This document shows, one piece after another, positions 38,076 through 48,212 of a stretch of 64,000 bases of DNA (within the stretch, counting starts at the first letter, position 1; each line of letters starts with the position of its first letter). A program made the position numbers and the translations under genes. Source of the DNA: Pseudopelagicola sp. (GTDB lineage: Bacteria; Pseudomonadota; Alphaproteobacteria; Rhodobacterales; Rhodobacteraceae); contig JAPHRE010000040.1 of NCBI GenBank assembly GCA_026195905.1, positions 1,363 to 65,362 on the forward strand, written 5' to 3'. Under the pieces are notes generated by a model. That model ran no database searches, was not told the origin of the DNA, and was given only the letters and a program-made list of their open reading frames with translations.

Positions 38076-39260
38076 CTAGCGCATGCAACGCACAAGATTG
38101 TCAGACCGATTGTAATCACAAGCATTAACGGAGCAGGTCGTATCATCCGTCGCTTCCTGGCCAATAATTGTCTTGATCGACGACCGTTGCGCGCCGGCAC
38201 CGTGCCAATCGGTGTAGTCGGTCTGCTCGCCCGCCTTGCCGAGTGCTTGGCCGAACGCAATGACATTGGCGTAATTCTTCCAGTCTCCGAATGTGGTGCT
38301 GGTCCAGAAATCCAAGGTCACGGTCTCCTGCGTGATCGAGAAGAAAGTTTCATCAATCGCCGGGAACCCTGTGCGACGGTAGTCAACGATGCTCTGAAGC
38401 TCTTTGGAGTTGGGCAGGATCCAATCGTCGTAGCCTGCAAGATCAAGCGCTTCGCAATAGGCGAGCGCGTCCTCCCATTCACGGCGCGTGCCATCATCGG
38501 CCTGTTGCCACATGCGTCCTGTCGCTTCGTCCGTGACGGTGCCGTCTCCATTGTCAACAAAGTCGTTCACGCCGTAGACGCCTTCGTCACCGCTGACGCA
38601 GCGCACGTAGTTGCCGGGCGCTGTACCATCAGGCCCGGTCACTCCGCCCTGAGCCGCCGCTCCGGTATAAAAGTCGAGACCAGTGCCATAAGCCTTGATG
38701 TGTCCATCCGCAAAGTTGAACCCGAAGGCGGCCTGATTGCGACCATTCTGAACCGGCCCTTTCACATAGAGCGTCGCGCTCCAGTATTGGCCAGCAAAGG
38801 CCATCTGCCCATCGGGGTAGTAGAAATCGAAAACGCTGGTGTCGATGTAGGGGGTCGGCGCGCCTTCTTCCGGTTTCATCAGTTCACCGCGGTTATCCGC
38901 GAGCGAATAAAGCTCTTTGATGGACGGCACGCGCCAGTCGGTGCGCCCGCCCAATTCCAGATCGCTGCAATAGGCCAAAGCATCGGGGTATTGATAACGT
39001 TCATTTTCCGGCGTTCGCTGCCAGACGAGTGTTGTCACATCGTCAGCTACGGTCCCGTCGCCGTTATCGGAGTAGGATGCCGGTGTGCGCGAATACTGTG
39101 CATCCTGACCGTAAAGCGCCTCACCTTCCAGAGGGCAGTCGATCACTGTTCCGACGCTATCGAAGCAACGGGTCTGCATTGTGTCGACGACGGGATAGGA
39201 TACTTCGGCAAGTGCCGGGGCGGCAGCAAGTAGCAGGGATGGGAAAACAATTCTTTTCAT
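38076..39260 (-). CDS. Secreted protein with tandem DUF1566 (Lcl C-terminal-like) domains
   Basis: Signal peptide; two copies of DNGDGTVxDxxTxxxWQ...ALAYC..L.L.G..DW..P..KEL.S. Confidence 0.82.
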   Translation of the reverse strand: MKRIVFPSLLLAAAPALAEVSYPVVDTMQTRCFDSVGTVIDCPLEGEALYGQDAQYSRTPASYSDNGDGTVADDVTTLVWQRTPENERYQYPDALAYCSDLELGGRTDWRVPSIKELYSLADNRGELMKPEEGAPTPYIDTSVFDFYYPDGQMAFAGQYWSATLYVKGPVQNGRNQAAFGFNFADGHIKAYGTGLDFYTGAAAQGGVTGPDGTAPGNYVRCVSGDEGVYGVNDFVDNGDGTVTDEATGRMWQQADDGTRREWEDALAYCEALDLAGYDDWILPNSKELQSIVDYRRTGFPAIDETFFSITQETVTLDFWTSTTFGDWKNYANVIAFGQALGKAGEQTDYTDWHGAGAQRSSIKTIIGQEATDDTTCSVNACDYNRSDNLVRCMR

Positions 39261-39730
39261 GACATCATTTCTTTTTCAGTATCTTTCACTTGCTTTGCGC
39301 CCGGTGCTTTGCCACCAAGACGGTCGCGCAGGGCGCGGGTAAGGGTGGCAATGTGGGCGGCGTCATCCGCGCCCATCGTATCCACGATCAAACTGTCGAT
39401 GTCGCGCCAGGCGGTGTGAATGTCTGACATCAACTCCCGCCCTTTTGGCGTCAGTTCCACAATGTTGCTGCGCGTCTCGTTGGGGTTGACCGTGCGCGTG
39501 ATGAGCCCAGCTTCGATCAATCGCGCCGTCATGGTGCTCATACTGGCTGCGGATATGTTGAATTCACGGGCAAGCCTAACCTGAGAGACCGCCCCCATCC
39601 GGGCAAGAGCATCAATAACCCGCGCCTGGCTGTGGGAAATCCCGATGCCTGCCATTCTCGTGCGGAGACGTTCTTCAACAAGACTGGCTGAATGAAGTAA
39701 AAAATGGAGATTGAACGATTCTGTTAGCAT
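39257..39730 (-). CDS. MarR-family transcriptional regulator
   Basis: SQARVIDAL, LAREFNISAASMSTMTARLIEAGLITR...ETRSNIVELTPKG; ATGA-coupled to the DUF1566 gene. Confidence 0.88.
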   Translation of the reverse strand: MLTESFNLHFLLHSASLVEERLRTRMAGIGISHSQARVIDALARMGAVSQVRLAREFNISAASMSTMTARLIEAGLITRTVNPNETRSNIVELTPKGRELMSDIHTAWRDIDSLIVDTMGADDAAHIATLTRALRDRLGGKAPGAKQVKDTEKEMMS

Positions 39731-39809
39731 ATTGACAGTTAGTAATCTAACAATATAGATACCGCAAGGCCTCATTGAGACAGTGGCTGCACGCCGGAGG
39801 GCATCAAAC

Positions 39810-40559
39810 GTGATCAACACCCGCAAGATGCACGCCAATCTGGGCAACAACCCTGACGTGAAACACAGTCGCAAGGCTGCGCTCACGCTCGTTTTGCTTG
39901 CTGTTGCAGTCATCTGGGTCGTGTCGTCTTGGTGCTACTACGCTATCGTTGACGGTTTGGGGCTGAAGAGCGGTTATGACGACGCACCAATCTTCTTTGC
40001 GGGCTATTACTTGATCTGGAGCGGTATCGCGCTGGTCCTGTTCCGCCCGGTTCTTGGCAAGCAAGTCACTCCGAAACGGCTGATCAGACACGCGATCGCT
40101 CTCGCGCCGATTCTGTTGGCCTATTTCGTCTACGTCACTGTGCTTCTGCCCCTGCTTCCCGAGGTCTCGGAGGTGCGCGCGCCGCCGAATCCACCTGAAT
40201 TCATGTTTGCATCCGCTTGGTATTACCTACCTAAATCGGTCGACATCCTCTTCCAGCAAATCCTCATCGCCGCGATGGTCTTTGGGGCGGTGCATGCTGG
40301 GATGAGCCTGCAGGCAAGTTCACTCATCATGGCCGCGCTCTTTGGCGGCTTTCACCTGCTGCTGATTTTCGACGGGTTCATCGGATTATACGTTGCGCGC
40401 TTCACCATTGCCGCGACAATCTTCGGTCTTTTGCTTCCCTACCTTTATCTGCAAACGAGATACGGGTTTAGATGGGCATATGGGCTGCACTGGTCGTTCT
40501 ATGCGGTCGATGCGGCGGTGACACACCTGGTCCTTGCCGTTCCGTCATGGGCGAGCTGA
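39810..40559 (+). CDS. Hypothetical multi-pass membrane protein
   Basis: About 7 hydrophobic segments; GTG start 9 nt after GGAGG. Confidence 0.7.
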   Translation: MINTRKMHANLGNNPDVKHSRKAALTLVLLAVAVIWVVSSWCYYAIVDGLGLKSGYDDAPIFFAGYYLIWSGIALVLFRPVLGKQVTPKRLIRHAIALAPILLAYFVYVTVLLPLLPEVSEVRAPPNPPEFMFASAWYYLPKSVDILFQQILIAAMVFGAVHAGMSLQASSLIMAALFGGFHLLLIFDGFIGLYVARFTIAATIFGLLLPYLYLQTRYGFRWAYGLHWSFYAVDAAVTHLVLAVPSWAS

Positions 40560-41102
40560 TGCGAGCGTTACAGCACTCATTCACAATCACTCGAACCGGG
40601 ACATGCCTGCAAAGCTGACCTCGGCGCAGACGTAGCGCATTCACACCTTCCGCCCTCTCCAAACCACAACCAAACGACAGAAGACAGGCGTGTCCAAGGT
40701 TGACCAATGTGGTCACCCGTTGCTGCGCTTCGACATGCCAGCCATCAGGCTACCCTCACCTGAAAGAGATAGTTTCATGACCAGAGTTCAACACTTTGAA
40801 AACTGATGACTGCCGTTTGTGATTCAGGGGGGAGACGAATGAACACCGACACCAAAGAGACTAATCCACTCACAGCCCTATAGGACAGCGGATTCATAGA
40901 GCGGCGCGGCAATGAGGCCCCAAAGCCGTTTTGATGTGGCAAACTTCTGTTGGAGAGAAACCCGTTGGTGCCGCAACTACTGAAATAGCGCAAAAGACAG
41001 CGGTCAAACTGAAGCGTCGCAATTACACGCAAAATTTTAGGAGGGCATTTTGGCGGGCACGTGGCCAAGTAGCCAAAAAATTCGCCAAATTTCAATCACC
41101 GC

Positions 41103-41192
41103 TGGCGGAGGAGGTGGGATTCGAACCCACGGTGGGCGTTAACCCACGTCGGTTTTCAAGACCGGTGCATTCAACCACTCTGCCACTCCTCC
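41103..41192 (-). tRNA. tRNA-Ser(TGA)
   Basis: GGAGGAGTGGCAGAGTGG...CCGGTC-TTGAA-AACCG...long variable arm...GGTTCGAATCCCACCTCCTCCGCCA. Confidence 0.95.
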
Positions 41193-41476
41193 GACCACAC
41201 TTTCCTAAGCCCGACAACTTGATTCTAAAAGCCCTGTTGCGCAGGTTTGGCAGAAGTTTGACCTAGGTTGGACACGGGGGGTGACACGGGGAAATTCCGC
41301 CGACCCCCAAGGCCGTGCTTTTCTTGACCCGCCCTTGGCGCTACACTGTCGCCATATTCGGTCACAGGCAGGCCGTATGACGTAAAACGACACGGGGCAT
41401 CCGGGCAACGAAGAGGCGGCACAAATTCGCCCAACTGTCCGGCAGAAACGACCCGAGACGAGGCAAAGGGCACCGC

Positions 41477-42334
41477 ATGACACGCATGACACTCCCGGCA
41501 TTTACCCCGGCGCGACGGTTGAGCCTCGCGCTCATCACCGCAACAGCCCTCGCAGGCTGTCAGGACGGGCAGAGTTTTTCGCAAATGTTCAATTCCCGGC
41601 CAAACGCCGAAGAGACCGATACCCGCACGACGAAACTCGTAGAACGTGACGTCGAAGCGCCCGAGGTTTTTTCCGCAACCGAGGCTGGCCTCTGGGATGG
41701 TCGGCCGAGCCTTGGCGGCATCTGGGCCGCACATCCCGACGTGGCCGATCCCGATCGCGTCATTATCCGCAATCAGGCCAATGGCAAATTTGTCATCGGC
41801 GCGCTTTACCGGCGCGAACGTGAGATACCCGGCCCCCGCATCCAGATTTCCGCCGATGCAGCCGCCGCGCTTGGCATGCTCGCCGGACAGCCAGTGGAGT
41901 TGAACGTAACGGCCCTGCGCCGCGAAGAAGTGGCCGAAGATGTTCCGGGCGCAAGCACCGATCTCGCGGCCGAAGATGTGGATACCGAGGCGCTTGATCC
42001 GGTGGCGGCGGCAACGGCAGCCCTTGAAGACACGGAAGCTGCGCGGGCACCGGGGCAAACCGTGACCTCTGAATCCGCGCCCGCCCCGACAACATCCTCC
42101 CTGTCCAAACCCTATATCCAAATCGGCATCTTCTCTGTGCGCGGCAATGCCGACAACGCCGCCGCGACGATGCGGTCAAACGGCATGGTGCCGCTGGTGA
42201 AAAAGATGACGAGCCAAAACAAAACCTTCTGGCGTGTCGTCGTCGGCCCGGCAACCAATGCCCCGGAACGCAAGACCCTGCTGAAGAAAATCCACGGTGC
42301 CGGCTTTACCGACGCCTACGCCGTCTCCAACTAG
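41477..42334 (+). CDS. SPOR domain-containing lipoprotein
   Basis: Lipobox LAGC; C-terminal YIQIGIFSVRGNA...WRVVVGP SPOR domain. Confidence 0.85.
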   Translation: MTRMTLPAFTPARRLSLALITATALAGCQDGQSFSQMFNSRPNAEETDTRTTKLVERDVEAPEVFSATEAGLWDGRPSLGGIWAAHPDVADPDRVIIRNQANGKFVIGALYRREREIPGPRIQISADAAAALGMLAGQPVELNVTALRREEVAEDVPGASTDLAAEDVDTEALDPVAAATAALEDTEAARAPGQTVTSESAPAPTTSSLSKPYIQIGIFSVRGNADNAAATMRSNGMVPLVKKMTSQNKTFWRVVVGPATNAPERKTLLKKIHGAGFTDAYAVSN

Positions 42335-42355
42335 GCCAGACCCAAGGATCCGCGC

Positions 42356-43525
42356 ATGACCAAGGCAATCGCAACCGCCCTGACCGCCGCCCTGATAACC
42401 CTGTTGAGCCTGACCCAGGCGCTCGCCTTCGACACCCGCGCCCGCGCGGCCTATGTCGTCGATCAGGGCACAGGAACGGTGTTGTTGTCCAAGAACGCGG
42501 ATACCCCCCTGCCCCCGGCCTCGATGTCAAAACTGATGACCGTCTACATGGCCTTCGAAGCCGTGCGCGAAGGCCGTTTGCGCCTGACCGAGGAACTTCC
42601 TGTCTCGCAACATGCGATGAACTACGGCGGCTCGACCCTGTTCTTGCGCGCAGGCGAACGCGTCACCGTCCAGGACTTGCTGCGCGGGATCATCGTGCTC
42701 TCGGGCAACGACGCCTGCGCGGTGATTGCCGAAGCCCTGTCGCCCGACGGAACCGAAGCCGGTTTCGCCCAACTCATGACCCGCCGCGCAGAACAGCTTG
42801 GCATGACCCATTCAACCTTTGCCAATTCCAACGGCTGGCCCGATCCGAACCAACGCATGTCAATGGAGGATCTCGCCATCCTGGCCAACCGCCTGCATAC
42901 GGATTTCCCCGAATTCTATCCGATGTTCGCCGAGACGGAATTTCTCTTTGACGAGAAAGAAAGCCAGAACCGCTACAATCGCAACCCGTTGCTTGGGCTC
43001 GGCATTGGTGCTGACGGTCTCAAGACCGGCCATACCTCCGAAGCGGGCTATGGCCTTGTTGGCTCGGCAAAACAGGGCGACCGGCGCATCTTTTTTGCCC
43101 TGACCGGCCTTGAAACCGCAAAGGCCCGCGCAGAAGAGGCCGAGGCCATCGTCAACTGGGCCTTCCGCCAATTTTCCGCCAAAACCCTCCTCCAATCGGG
43201 CGAACCGATCTCGAACGCACAGGTGGTCATGGGGGCCGCAGCCACCGTGCCGCTTGTCCCGGCGCAGGATGTGACCCTTCTGCTGCCTATTTTTGCCGAT
43301 GAAAACGTGCCCGCCGAAATCGTCTATTCCGGCCCCATCAAAGCTCCAATCGCCAAGGATCAGGAACTGGCAACGCTTGTGATATCGCCCGATGGCATGC
43401 CCGCCGTGACCCTCCCGCTTTTCGCGGGCAAGGATGTCGGCAAGGGCGGCTTTTTCGTGCGCCTTCGCGCTGCCGCGACAACCCTTCTGGGCAACACCAG
43501 CCTTGCCGCCGAGGGCGCGTCCTAA
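42356..43525 (+). CDS. D-alanyl-D-alanine carboxypeptidase (PBP5/DacA family)
   Basis: SxxK (ASMSKL), SGN, KTG (LKTGHT). Confidence 0.92.
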   Translation: MTKAIATALTAALITLLSLTQALAFDTRARAAYVVDQGTGTVLLSKNADTPLPPASMSKLMTVYMAFEAVREGRLRLTEELPVSQHAMNYGGSTLFLRAGERVTVQDLLRGIIVLSGNDACAVIAEALSPDGTEAGFAQLMTRRAEQLGMTHSTFANSNGWPDPNQRMSMEDLAILANRLHTDFPEFYPMFAETEFLFDEKESQNRYNRNPLLGLGIGADGLKTGHTSEAGYGLVGSAKQGDRRIFFALTGLETAKARAEEAEAIVNWAFRQFSAKTLLQSGEPISNAQVVMGAAATVPLVPAQDVTLLLPIFADENVPAEIVYSGPIKAPIAKDQELATLVISPDGMPAVTLPLFAGKDVGKGGFFVRLRAAATTLLGNTSLAAEGAS

Positions 43526-43527
43526 GC

Positions 43528-44148
43528 ATGGCCGGGCGCTTTATCACCTTTGAAGGCATCGACGGCTCGGGCAAATCGACCCAGATTCATACCCTTGCCG
43601 AGACCCTGCGCGCCTCGGGTCATGATGTCGTGCTGACGCGTGAGCCCGGCGGCTCGCCGGGGGCCGAGGAAATTCGCCGTCTCGTGCTTGAGGGCGACCC
43701 CGACCGTTGGTCGGCGGAAACCGAAATCCTGCTCTTTACTGCCGCCCGCCGCGATCATCTTGAACGCACTATCCTGCCCGCATTGGCGCGTGGCCAGATC
43801 GTCCTATGCGACCGGTTTGCCGATTCCACCCGCATGTATCAGGGGCTGTCGCGCGGCGATCTGCGCGGCATTGTCGACCAATTGCATAGCCTGATGATCG
43901 GGCGCGAACCCGACCTCACCATCCTCATCGACATGGACCCCGCCATCGGCCTCGCCCGCGCCAAATCCCGCGCAACCGCCGAGGAACGCTTTGAGGACTT
44001 CGGCGAAGCCCTGCAAAAACAGATGCGCGCCGGGTTCCTCGCTCTGGCCAACGAATTTTCCGACCGCATCCGCGTGATCGACGGCGCGCGCGACATCGAC
44101 ACGGTTGCCGCCGATATCCTTGCCCGCGTCGAGGCTGACCTCGCATGA
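43528..44148 (+). CDS. tmk: Thymidylate kinase
   Basis: FITFEGIDGSGKST, TREPGG, DRFADST. Confidence 0.96.
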   Translation: MAGRFITFEGIDGSGKSTQIHTLAETLRASGHDVVLTREPGGSPGAEEIRRLVLEGDPDRWSAETEILLFTAARRDHLERTILPALARGQIVLCDRFADSTRMYQGLSRGDLRGIVDQLHSLMIGREPDLTILIDMDPAIGLARAKSRATAEERFEDFGEALQKQMRAGFLALANEFSDRIRVIDGARDIDTVAADILARVEADLA

Positions 44149-45275
44149 GCAGTGACGACCGCCCCGAACCCGACCGCATTGAAGGCGCGCCGCACCCGCG
44201 CGAAACCGCCCGCCTGTTCGGCCAAGACGCCGCCGAAGCCGGGTTTCTCGAAGCCTTCAACTCTGGTCGCCTGCATCATGCGTGGCTTCTGACCGGCCCA
44301 CGCGGCACCGGCAAAGCCACACTCGCGTGGCGTATCGCGCGCTTCCTGCTGGCAACCCCGATGGAGCAGGGCGGCGGCCTCTTTGGCGAAGCCCCGCCCC
44401 ATCATGACACGCTCGACATCGCCCCTGACCATCCGGTGTCTCACCGCCTTCTGGCCCGCTCCGAGCCGGGACTTTTTAGCATCACCCGTGGCCCCAACGA
44501 GAAAACCGGCAAGCTGCGCGATATGATCGTGGTGGATGATATTCGCGGCCTGACCCATTTCCTGACCATGTCTGCCGCCGATGGGGGCCGCCGCGTGGTC
44601 ATCGTGGACGCCGCTGACGATATGAACGTCAACGCTGCCAACGCCCTGCTCAAGATGCTCGAAGAGCCGCCCGCGAACACCACCATGTTACTGGTCTCGC
44701 ACCAACCTTCGCGCCTCCTGCCGACGATCCGCTCGCGCTGCCGCGAGCTGCGCCTGTCTCCGCTGTCTACCGACGATATGCATCGCGCCCTCGCTCAAGC
44801 CGGGGCCAGCGAGGAGAGCGAGACCCCTGCCCTCGCCGCCCTCTCTGCCGGGTCTGTTGGCGAAGCCATGCGCCTGATGCGCCTCGGTGGCCTTGAGATG
44901 TATACCGAGATCGTCGCCATCTACGCGGGCGACCGTGGCCCCGATCGCCCCCGCGCCCTCAAACTCGCCGAGGCCGCGGCCACGCGCGGCGGTGAGGCCC
45001 GGTTCGATCTTCTATTAACCATGTTCGATACCTTCCTTGCCCGCCTCGCCCGCACCGGTGCCACCGGCGCACCGCCCTCCCCCGAGGCCGCCCCCGGCGA
45101 ATCAGATGTGCTCATGCGCCTCGCCCCGACCCCGCACAAAGCGCGCGCCTGGGCCGAGACCGCCCAAACCATTTCCGAGCGCAGCCGCCACGGTCAGGCC
45201 GTCAACCTTGACCCTGCCGCGCTCGTCCTAGATACGGTGTTCAAGATCACTGAAACCGCCGCCGCGAGACCATGA
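44145..45275 (+). CDS. holB: DNA polymerase III subunit delta'
   Basis: HHAWLLTGPRGTGKA, NAANALLKMLEEPP, TIRSRC; follows tmk. Confidence 0.93.
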   Translation: MSSDDRPEPDRIEGAPHPRETARLFGQDAAEAGFLEAFNSGRLHHAWLLTGPRGTGKATLAWRIARFLLATPMEQGGGLFGEAPPHHDTLDIAPDHPVSHRLLARSEPGLFSITRGPNEKTGKLRDMIVVDDIRGLTHFLTMSAADGGRRVVIVDAADDMNVNAANALLKMLEEPPANTTMLLVSHQPSRLLPTIRSRCRELRLSPLSTDDMHRALAQAGASEESETPALAALSAGSVGEAMRLMRLGGLEMYTEIVAIYAGDRGPDRPRALKLAEAAATRGGEARFDLLLTMFDTFLARLARTGATGAPPSPEAAPGESDVLMRLAPTPHKARAWAETAQTISERSRHGQAVNLDPAALVLDTVFKITETAAARP

Positions 45276-46078
45276 CTGACATTCCCCAGATCACCGATAG
45301 CCACTGCCACCTCGATTTCCCCGATTTCGAAGGCCAGCTCGACGAGATCATCGCCCGCGCCGAGCGCGCCGGTGTCACGCGCATGGTCACGATCTGCACC
45401 CGCCTGCGCAACGAACCCTCTGTGCGCGCCATCGCCGAGGCCCACGCGCCGATATTCTACGCCGCAGGCACACACCCGATGAGCGCCGCCGAAGAACCGC
45501 TGGCAAGCGTGGACGACCTCATCGCGCTCGCCCAACATCCAAAATTCGTCGGTATCGGCGAAACCGGGCTGGATTATCACTACACCGCCGAAAGCATGGA
45601 CATCCAAAAAAAGTCCCTGCGCATCCATATCACGGCGGCGCGCGAAACCGGCCTGCCCCTGATTATCCATTCGCGCGACGCGGATGAGGACATGGCCGCG
45701 ATCCTCTCTGAGGAGCACGCCAAGGGTGCCTACCCTTGCGTCATGCACTGCTATAGCTCGGGGCCAGAGCTGGCAAAAACCGCTGTGGAGCTTGGGTTTT
45801 ACCTCTCCATGTCCGGCATCGCGACCTTCCCGCGCTCGCAAGAGGTCCGCGATATTTTTGCCGCCGCCCCGGTTGAGCGCATCCTTGTTGAGACCGACGC
45901 CCCCTATCTCGCGCCGCCGCCCCATCGCGGCAGACGCAACGAACCGGCCTATACCGCGCTGACCGCACAGGTCGGGGCCGATGTGTTCAGCATGGACTAC
46001 CCCGCCTTCGCCGCCCAGACCCAGGCCAATTTCGACCGCCTCTTTTCAAAGGTTGCGGCCTATAGGCACGCCGCATGA
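45272..46078 (+). CDS. TatD-family hydrolase
   Basis: DSHCHLD, IGETGLDY, IIHSRDA, ETDAPYLAP. Confidence 0.93.
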   Translation: MTDIPQITDSHCHLDFPDFEGQLDEIIARAERAGVTRMVTICTRLRNEPSVRAIAEAHAPIFYAAGTHPMSAAEEPLASVDDLIALAQHPKFVGIGETGLDYHYTAESMDIQKKSLRIHITAARETGLPLIIHSRDADEDMAAILSEEHAKGAYPCVMHCYSSGPELAKTAVELGFYLSMSGIATFPRSQEVRDIFAAAPVERILVETDAPYLAPPPHRGRRNEPAYTALTAQVGADVFSMDYPAFAAQTQANFDRLFSKVAAYRHAA

Positions 46079-46875
46079 GCGCCCGCCTGACCTTTACAAT
46101 TCTCGGCTGTGGCTCATCCGGCGGTGTGCCCCGTTTGGGCGGCCATTGGGGCGATTGTGACCCTGAAAACCCCAAGAATCGCCGCCGCCGCTGCTCGATG
46201 CTGATTGAGCGCGAAACCGAAGCTGGTAAAACCACCGTCCTCATCGACACCTCTCCCGACATGCGCAGCCAGTTGCTTGATGCCGGGATCGGCACGCTTG
46301 ATGCCGTCGTTTATACTCATTCCCATGCCGACCATGTGCACGGCATCGACGACCTGCGCATGATCGTCTTTAACAAGCGCGCCCGCCTGCCCGTCTGGGC
46401 CGATGGCCCTACCCAAGAGGCGCTTTATTCGCGCTTTGGATATGCCTTTATGCAGCCCGAAGGCTCTCCCTACCCGCCGATCCTCGACATGCACACCATC
46501 AAGGGCGACATGACGATTTCCGGTGCGGGTGGCGACATCACCCTGACCCCGATCAAGGTCAACCACGGCAGTATTGACGCCCTCGGCTTTCGCATCGCAG
46601 GGCTGTGCTACATGCCCGATGTGGCCGAAATTTACGATGATGCGTGGCGGCACCTCAATGATCTCGATTGCTGGGTGCTCGACACATTGCGCCGTTCGCC
46701 GCACCCGACCCATGCACATTTCGAGAAATCCCTCGACTGGATCGCCCGCGTCGCCCCGCGCCGCGCGGTTCTGACCAATATGCATATTGATCTCGACCAT
46801 GCCACGGTCGAAGGCGAAACCCCCGATCACATCAGCGCCGCCTACGACGGGATGAAAATCACCTACGAGGTCTGA
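46075..46875 (+). CDS. MBL-fold metallo-hydrolase (PhnP/YycJ-like)
   Basis: LGCGSSGGVP, THSHADHVHG, TNMHIDLD. Confidence 0.9.
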   Translation: MSARLTFTILGCGSSGGVPRLGGHWGDCDPENPKNRRRRCSMLIERETEAGKTTVLIDTSPDMRSQLLDAGIGTLDAVVYTHSHADHVHGIDDLRMIVFNKRARLPVWADGPTQEALYSRFGYAFMQPEGSPYPPILDMHTIKGDMTISGAGGDITLTPIKVNHGSIDALGFRIAGLCYMPDVAEIYDDAWRHLNDLDCWVLDTLRRSPHPTHAHFEKSLDWIARVAPRRAVLTNMHIDLDHATVEGETPDHISAAYDGMKITYEV

Positions 46876-46880
46876 CGCCC

Positions 46881-47810
46881 ATGCAAACGCTGATCTCTGT
46901 GATCCTGCCCGTCTTTCTCGTGATCGGCTTTGGCTACGCCGCCGCATGGCGCGGTCTGTTTTCCGAGGCCAATGTCGACGGACTGATGCGCTTTGCGACG
47001 AATTTTGCCGTGCCTGTGCTGCTGTTTCGCGCCATCGCCGGACTGGACCTCTCCGCCGAATTCGACCTCGCCCTTTTGGCGAGTTTCTATACCGGCGCCT
47101 TCCTTAGCTTTCTGGCGGGCCTCCTGGGGGCACATTATTTCTTTGGGCGTGACTGGGAAGATTCGGTCGCCATCGGCTTTGTCTGCCTGTTCTCCAACTC
47201 GCTCCTGCTCGGCCTGCCGATCACCGAACGCGCTTTCGGCCCCGAGGCGCTGGCAGGGAACTACGCCATCATCTCGATCCACTCGCCCTTCTGCTACGGG
47301 CTTGGCATCACCGTGATGGAAATCCTGCGCGCCCGAGGCAAATCCCCGGCCATGATCCTGCCCACTGTGCTCAAGGCCATGTTCCGCAATGCCCTGATCC
47401 TTGGCATCTCGCTTGGGTTTATCGTCAATCTATCCGGCATTTCTCTGCCCGATCCCGTCTCTGTCGGTGTCGACCTCATGGCCCGCGCCGCCCTGCCCGC
47501 CGCGCTCTTTGGCATGGGCGGAGTGCTCTACCGCTATCGTCCCGAAGGCGACCTGCGCACCATCGCCTATTGCTGCGTGATCTCGCTCGGCCTGCACCCG
47601 GCCATCGTCTGGGCGCTTGGCTCTTGGAATGGGCTTGGGACCGACGCGTTCCGCTCCGCCGTCCTGACCGCCGCCATGCCGACCGGCATCAACGGCTATC
47701 TCTTCGCCTCCCTCTATGGCCGCGCCCAACGCACCGCCGCCTCTGCCGTCCTGATCGGCACCGGCGTTGCCATCCTGAGCATCTGGCTCTGGCTCTTTAC
47801 CCTGCCCTGA
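46881..47810 (+). CDS. AEC (auxin efflux carrier) family transporter
   Basis: ILPVFLVIGFGY, FSN...LGLP, AAMPTGIN. Confidence 0.88.
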   Translation: MQTLISVILPVFLVIGFGYAAAWRGLFSEANVDGLMRFATNFAVPVLLFRAIAGLDLSAEFDLALLASFYTGAFLSFLAGLLGAHYFFGRDWEDSVAIGFVCLFSNSLLLGLPITERAFGPEALAGNYAIISIHSPFCYGLGITVMEILRARGKSPAMILPTVLKAMFRNALILGISLGFIVNLSGISLPDPVSVGVDLMARAALPAALFGMGGVLYRYRPEGDLRTIAYCCVISLGLHPAIVWALGSWNGLGTDAFRSAVLTAAMPTGINGYLFASLYGRAQRTAASAVLIGTGVAILSIWLWLFTLP

Positions 47811-47979
47811 CCCTCCCCTGAGCGCACAATGGCCCTCACAACAGGACACGCATCGCGCGCCCGTGTCGCAACGATGGACAAAACAAAAAGGGGAGAGCGC
47901 GCGCCGCATAAGGCCAAACACGCGTTGCGAAAGGGCGGAAACCCATCACGTAAATCTTAGATTTTTCTCAGGGGAAAAA

Positions 47980-48066
47980 TGGTGCGGTCGAGAAGACTCG
48001 AACTTCCACGGGTGTTACCCCACAGCGACCTCAACGCTGCGCGTCTACCAATTCCGCCACGACCGC
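47980..48066 (-). tRNA. tRNA-Leu(GAG)
   Basis: GCGGTCGTGGCGGAATTGGTAGAC...CAGCG-TTGAGGT-CGCTG...GGAAGTTCGAGTCTTCTCGACCGCACCA. Confidence 0.95.
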
Positions 48067-48212
48067 ACTGTCATTGACTTGGTGAGGAGGCGTATAGACA
48101 AGCCGTTCGGGGATGTGAAGAGGCAAAAGAGCCGTTTTTGAAAATTTTCGGCCCCGACGAATGCTTGCGCCGGGGCCGATATATTTTCTCTTTGAAATGA
48201 TCCGTTTGCGGA

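Noticed and set aside
40560-41030. Short ORFs next to tRNA-Ser as an integrase remnant
   Set aside because: No tyrosine- or serine-recombinase motifs in the frames examined.
41272-41397. GACACGGGG occurring three times between tRNA-Ser and the SPOR gene
   Set aside because: Short, irregularly spaced and GC-rich; no supportable function.
46075-46875. PhnP-like hydrolase as part of phosphonate metabolism
   Set aside because: It sits in the conserved tmk-holB-tatD-MBL core block, unrelated to the pepM locus.
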